A stretch of 53,574 nt of DNA, the filler included, from Stramenopiles sp. TOSAG23-2 (Eukaryota): NCBI GenBank assembly GCA_900128395.1. It is 4 parts of 4 records of this genome, joined end to end, with 100 filler letters (N's around TTAATTAATTAA, not from the genome) between each part and the next. Parts side by side here need not be neighbours in the genome. Positions count along the whole stretch, not along the records: positions 40,289 to 53,574 come from LT649809.1; 3 more parts are not named here. The stretch is one strand, 5' to 3'. This document shows positions 50,461 to 53,574 of this stretch, one piece after another (position 1 is the first letter of the stretch; each line of letters opens with the position of its first letter). Under the pieces are notes generated by a model. That model was given only the letters and a program-made list of their open reading frames with translations, made no database searches and was not told the origin of the DNA. The position numbers and the translations under genes are program-made.

Positions 50461-50900
50461 TATTAGCAGGGAGACATCATTACATAACAGGTACACAGCA
50501 CTGTAATATTTTATGAGGCTAGGAGTGTTAGGGTTAGGGTTCGGACATCATTACATAACAGGTACACAGCACTATAATATTTTATGTAGCAGGGAGACAT
50601 CGTGTAATAGTCTAACATGTACATAAGCTATTTGAGATTTTTTTAGGATTAACAGGTACACAGCACTATATATCTTTGAGATCTTATAGTACACAGCCTT
50701 ATAATTTTGGATTATATTAGTAGGGAGATATCATTAATCATTACATAACAGCAAACAGAAACAGAATTTTGAGATTATATATAAGATAGTAGTAGGGAGA
50801 TAGGGAGATATCACTTAACCTAACAGGTAAATAGCACTGAAAATGTAGAATAAATTTTTGACATTATATTATAGTAAAACAGAAGCTACACAGCACAGAA
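50461..50900. repeat. Degenerate array of (tagcagggagacatcattacat / aacaggtacacagcact) units with an embedded TTAGGG dimer
   Basis: aacaggtacacagcact variants at ~50486, 50557, 50651 and 50822; TTAGGGTTAGGGTT at 50528-50541. Confidence 0.7.
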
Positions 50901-51166
50901 CTATATCTTGTTCAGTACAAAATCCACCATCATCAACAACACATCTAAAATTCGTTAAAAGTGATGAAAAATGATGAAAATATATATAAGTCAGGCCATA
51001 AAACATGGTGGTGGGTGTACACATCTATGAATGATGATAGATGTACAATCATACATGGTAAACATAGACGACGACGAATTCGAAGAGTGAAAGTGAAGTG
51101 AAAAGAGTGAAGAGTTGGCGTGAAGAGGACGGTCATAACATACCCGATCAAAACATACGATACCCG

Positions 51167-51253
51167 ATCAATACATACGTGATCATACATATTATCAATA
51201 CATACGTGATCATACATATTATCAATACATACGTGATCATACGTATTATCAAT
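51167..51253. repeat. 27-bp minisatellite, ~3 copies
   Basis: atcaatacatacgtgatcatacatatt at 51167, 51194 and 51221. Confidence 0.9.
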
Positions 51254-51368
51254 CGATCAATATAATACGCAGTCATAACATACGGGTACGTGATACATAC
51301 AAACAACGATCAATATTCCGTGGTCATACATAACAAAAACGATTCAATAATATAAATACACAATCATC

Positions 51369-51786
51369 ATGTCGGATGATGATTCAGAATTAATACAAAT
51401 GCAAGAATTATGGAATGATGCAAAAATGGAATTAAATCGTTTACGTAAATTAAAAAAAGTACAAGAAAAAAAATTACAAGATAAAGATTCTAAAATTAAA
51501 GAATTAGCAAAAATGTTTGAAGAACGTAAACGTGGTATTGAACAAGCATTGTTGGAATTCAAAGGTAAAGAAAATGCATATAAAACAGAATTGCAAATAG
51601 TCAATGATAAATTGGAAGAAGAAGTGAAAATACGACGTGAAATGGAAGAAATGAAATATGATTTAGAATTTAAATTGGAAAATGAAATGCAAAATTCTAA
51701 TAATTATAAAATTTCACATGAAAAATTACAAATTAGTTATGAACATGTATTACGTGAATATACAGAAGGTAAAGAACGTAATAGAG
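51369..51786 (+). CDS. First exon of a coiled-coil protein; downstream exons not found
   Basis: Heptad E/K/Q-rich ORF followed by a GTAGGT donor-like site at 51787. Confidence 0.7.
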
Positions 51787-51866
51787 GTAGGTAATGAGGT
51801 ATAGATAATTAGACAGATAGTGAAAAGTATATTTCATATAGAGAGAGATGAACTGATTATACCTAC

Positions 51867-52002
51867 CATGTGAACATGTTTCCCACGATTCACCTGCATC
51901 TGTATGGCATATACCATCGCCGCATCTAACTGCCAGAGCAATATCCGACAATAGGAAAAAGAATGGCACCAAGACCATCAATATATATACATTTACTTTC
52001 AT
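51867..52002 (-). CDS. First exon or fragment of a secreted Cys-rich protein
   Basis: Signal peptide plus CGDGIC..DAGESWETCSH (CGDG.C...E....C..DC-type repeat), then a GTAGGT donor-like site at 51866. Confidence 0.55.
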
Positions 52003-52884
52003 GACTTTTTTTTTTAACGTTTTTTATACCTTTTTTCTTTCGTTAGAATGCACTATATAATCTAGAATGGCACCAAGACCATCAATATATATACATTTAC
52101 TTTCATGACTTTTTTTTTAACGTTTTTTATACCTTTTTTCTTTCGTTAGAATGCACTATATATAATCTACTTAATGATTTTAAATTTACAAAATGTAACG
52201 AAATAAAAAGAAAATAAAAGTTATACAAACATTAATCCGTACAATACTATATCAATTATTCAATTTCTTTTCACAAAGACATCGATGTACATATAAAATA
52301 TTTTTTAAATTTTACAAAATCTATTTTCAATATATGTTTTCTATGAAGAAAATGTGTACAGAAAAATGAAACAAAGAAACTGTCGTCCAACAAAAAAAAT
52401 TGATAAAATAGGGGGCGAGATGGTGTTAATGATAGGGTTTTACAATTTACACACCAGCTCACAGTGTTTTTCACATATCCTTAGTATAAAAATAACTTAT
52501 ACACATATATTAACGTACAGTATGGAAATAAAGCAATGCACTAATATGAGAACATATATTTGTTAAGGCATCTATAAAGAATGTTAACATCGAAATAGAC
52601 AATGTAAATGCATCTTGTATCATTATATAAAATGTATTAAATATATATACATGATAATGATAGATTTACGTAGCAATTAGAATATAAAATTAAAGAAAAA
52701 GTGATGAGGAGATTTGGATATTCTTCTATCAAAAGAAGTTACAAGTAAAATTTAAAATTGAATGAATATCGATACACAGTAAATATAAATGTTCTAAATA
52801 CATACAACGCAAACAAGAACCATTTTACATCCAACATACGTTAAATATATATAATAAACAAAACAATATAATAATAAACCAACT

Positions 52885-53574
52885 ATGGGATCGGGAAACT
52901 CGACACCTGCAAAAGTAAAACCAACAAATCCAATTGTGAAACAACTACTTAGTTCAGCGGATAATGATATAGAAAATAAGGATATACCAAGTGCTATTGA
53001 ATCATATCAAAAAGCAGAAGCTATCACAACAGATGAAAAAGTGAAAACATATATACATTATCAATTATCGAAACTATTACCATCGAAAGACGACGATGTA
53101 CGCGACGCTGAAGCAACCGTACCCAGCTCCCCATCTAAAAAAATACAAAAATCACAAGAAATTACAAATAAATTTGATCAATTATTTGAAGCTTTTAAAA
53201 CAAATATTGCATCCCCAGCTACCTACAACGATGCCGTAGAAAATGTTAACATCATTATACAGATGGATCCACGACAAGTTATATCAATCGGCACATATTT
53301 TAATAATTTAATGTATATATGTTTTCACTTTTTCATCTGTTGTGATAGCTTCTGCTAGAAAATATTATGATATTGTTAAAAGATTTAGCATTTGTTAATT
53401 TCCAAAATAATTTATCGATTGGGTTAAAAATTTCTTCGGAAAAACATAAAGAAATGGTTGATGCTATTACAACACATATTAAATGGATGCAAGCAAGTGA
53501 AACGAAAGAATTATCCTTCACACAATTATATTTTTTCACTGATTATATATTAGATATATTAAAATTAATGTCAA
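52885..53574 (+). CDS. N-myristoylated helical (TPR-like) protein, 3'-partial
   Basis: Starts MGSGNS (MGxxxS); contains AIESYQKAE..YIHYQLSKL. Coding resumes in another frame after the AG at 53347-53348 (LLLENIMILLKD...), implying an intron whose donor is uncertain. Open to the window end. Confidence 0.7.

Overview
This window is AT-rich nuclear DNA from a eukaryotic microbe. Evidence: GT-AG introns, VPS53, a SAPS/PP6 regulatory subunit and microsatellites; a marine protist single-cell or metagenome assembly is my inference. It is four unrelated ~13.3 kb contigs (1-13365, 13466-26797, 26898-40188, 40289-53574) joined by artificial N44-TTAATTAATTAA-N44 linkers, so adjacency across linkers means nothing. 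Contig 1 is atypical: a ~10.3 kb intronless gene for a secreted protein made of phage tail-fibre-like modules plus eukaryotic Cys-rich repeats, lying next to a decayed XerC/D-type tyrosine recombinase and other relic ORFs (candidate endogenous viral element or horizontal-transfer island). Contigs 2-4 carry host genes: C-type lectin receptor, mitochondrial TyrRS, SAPS protein, TauE transporter, VPS53 and ankyrin proteins, plus MITE-like elements. Three bacterial-type catabolic enzymes (two VOC/extradiol dioxygenase-like proteins and a GFA protein) all end in the peroxisomal signal -SKM. Other oddities are a 218-bp in-place inversion inside a gene, a Tudor/Agenet cassette inserted in an ankyrin protein, and a 4x219-bp array upstream of one dioxygenase. 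Many short tandem duplications and frameshifts are probably assembly artefacts. All family calls come from motif recognition by eye, not database searches.
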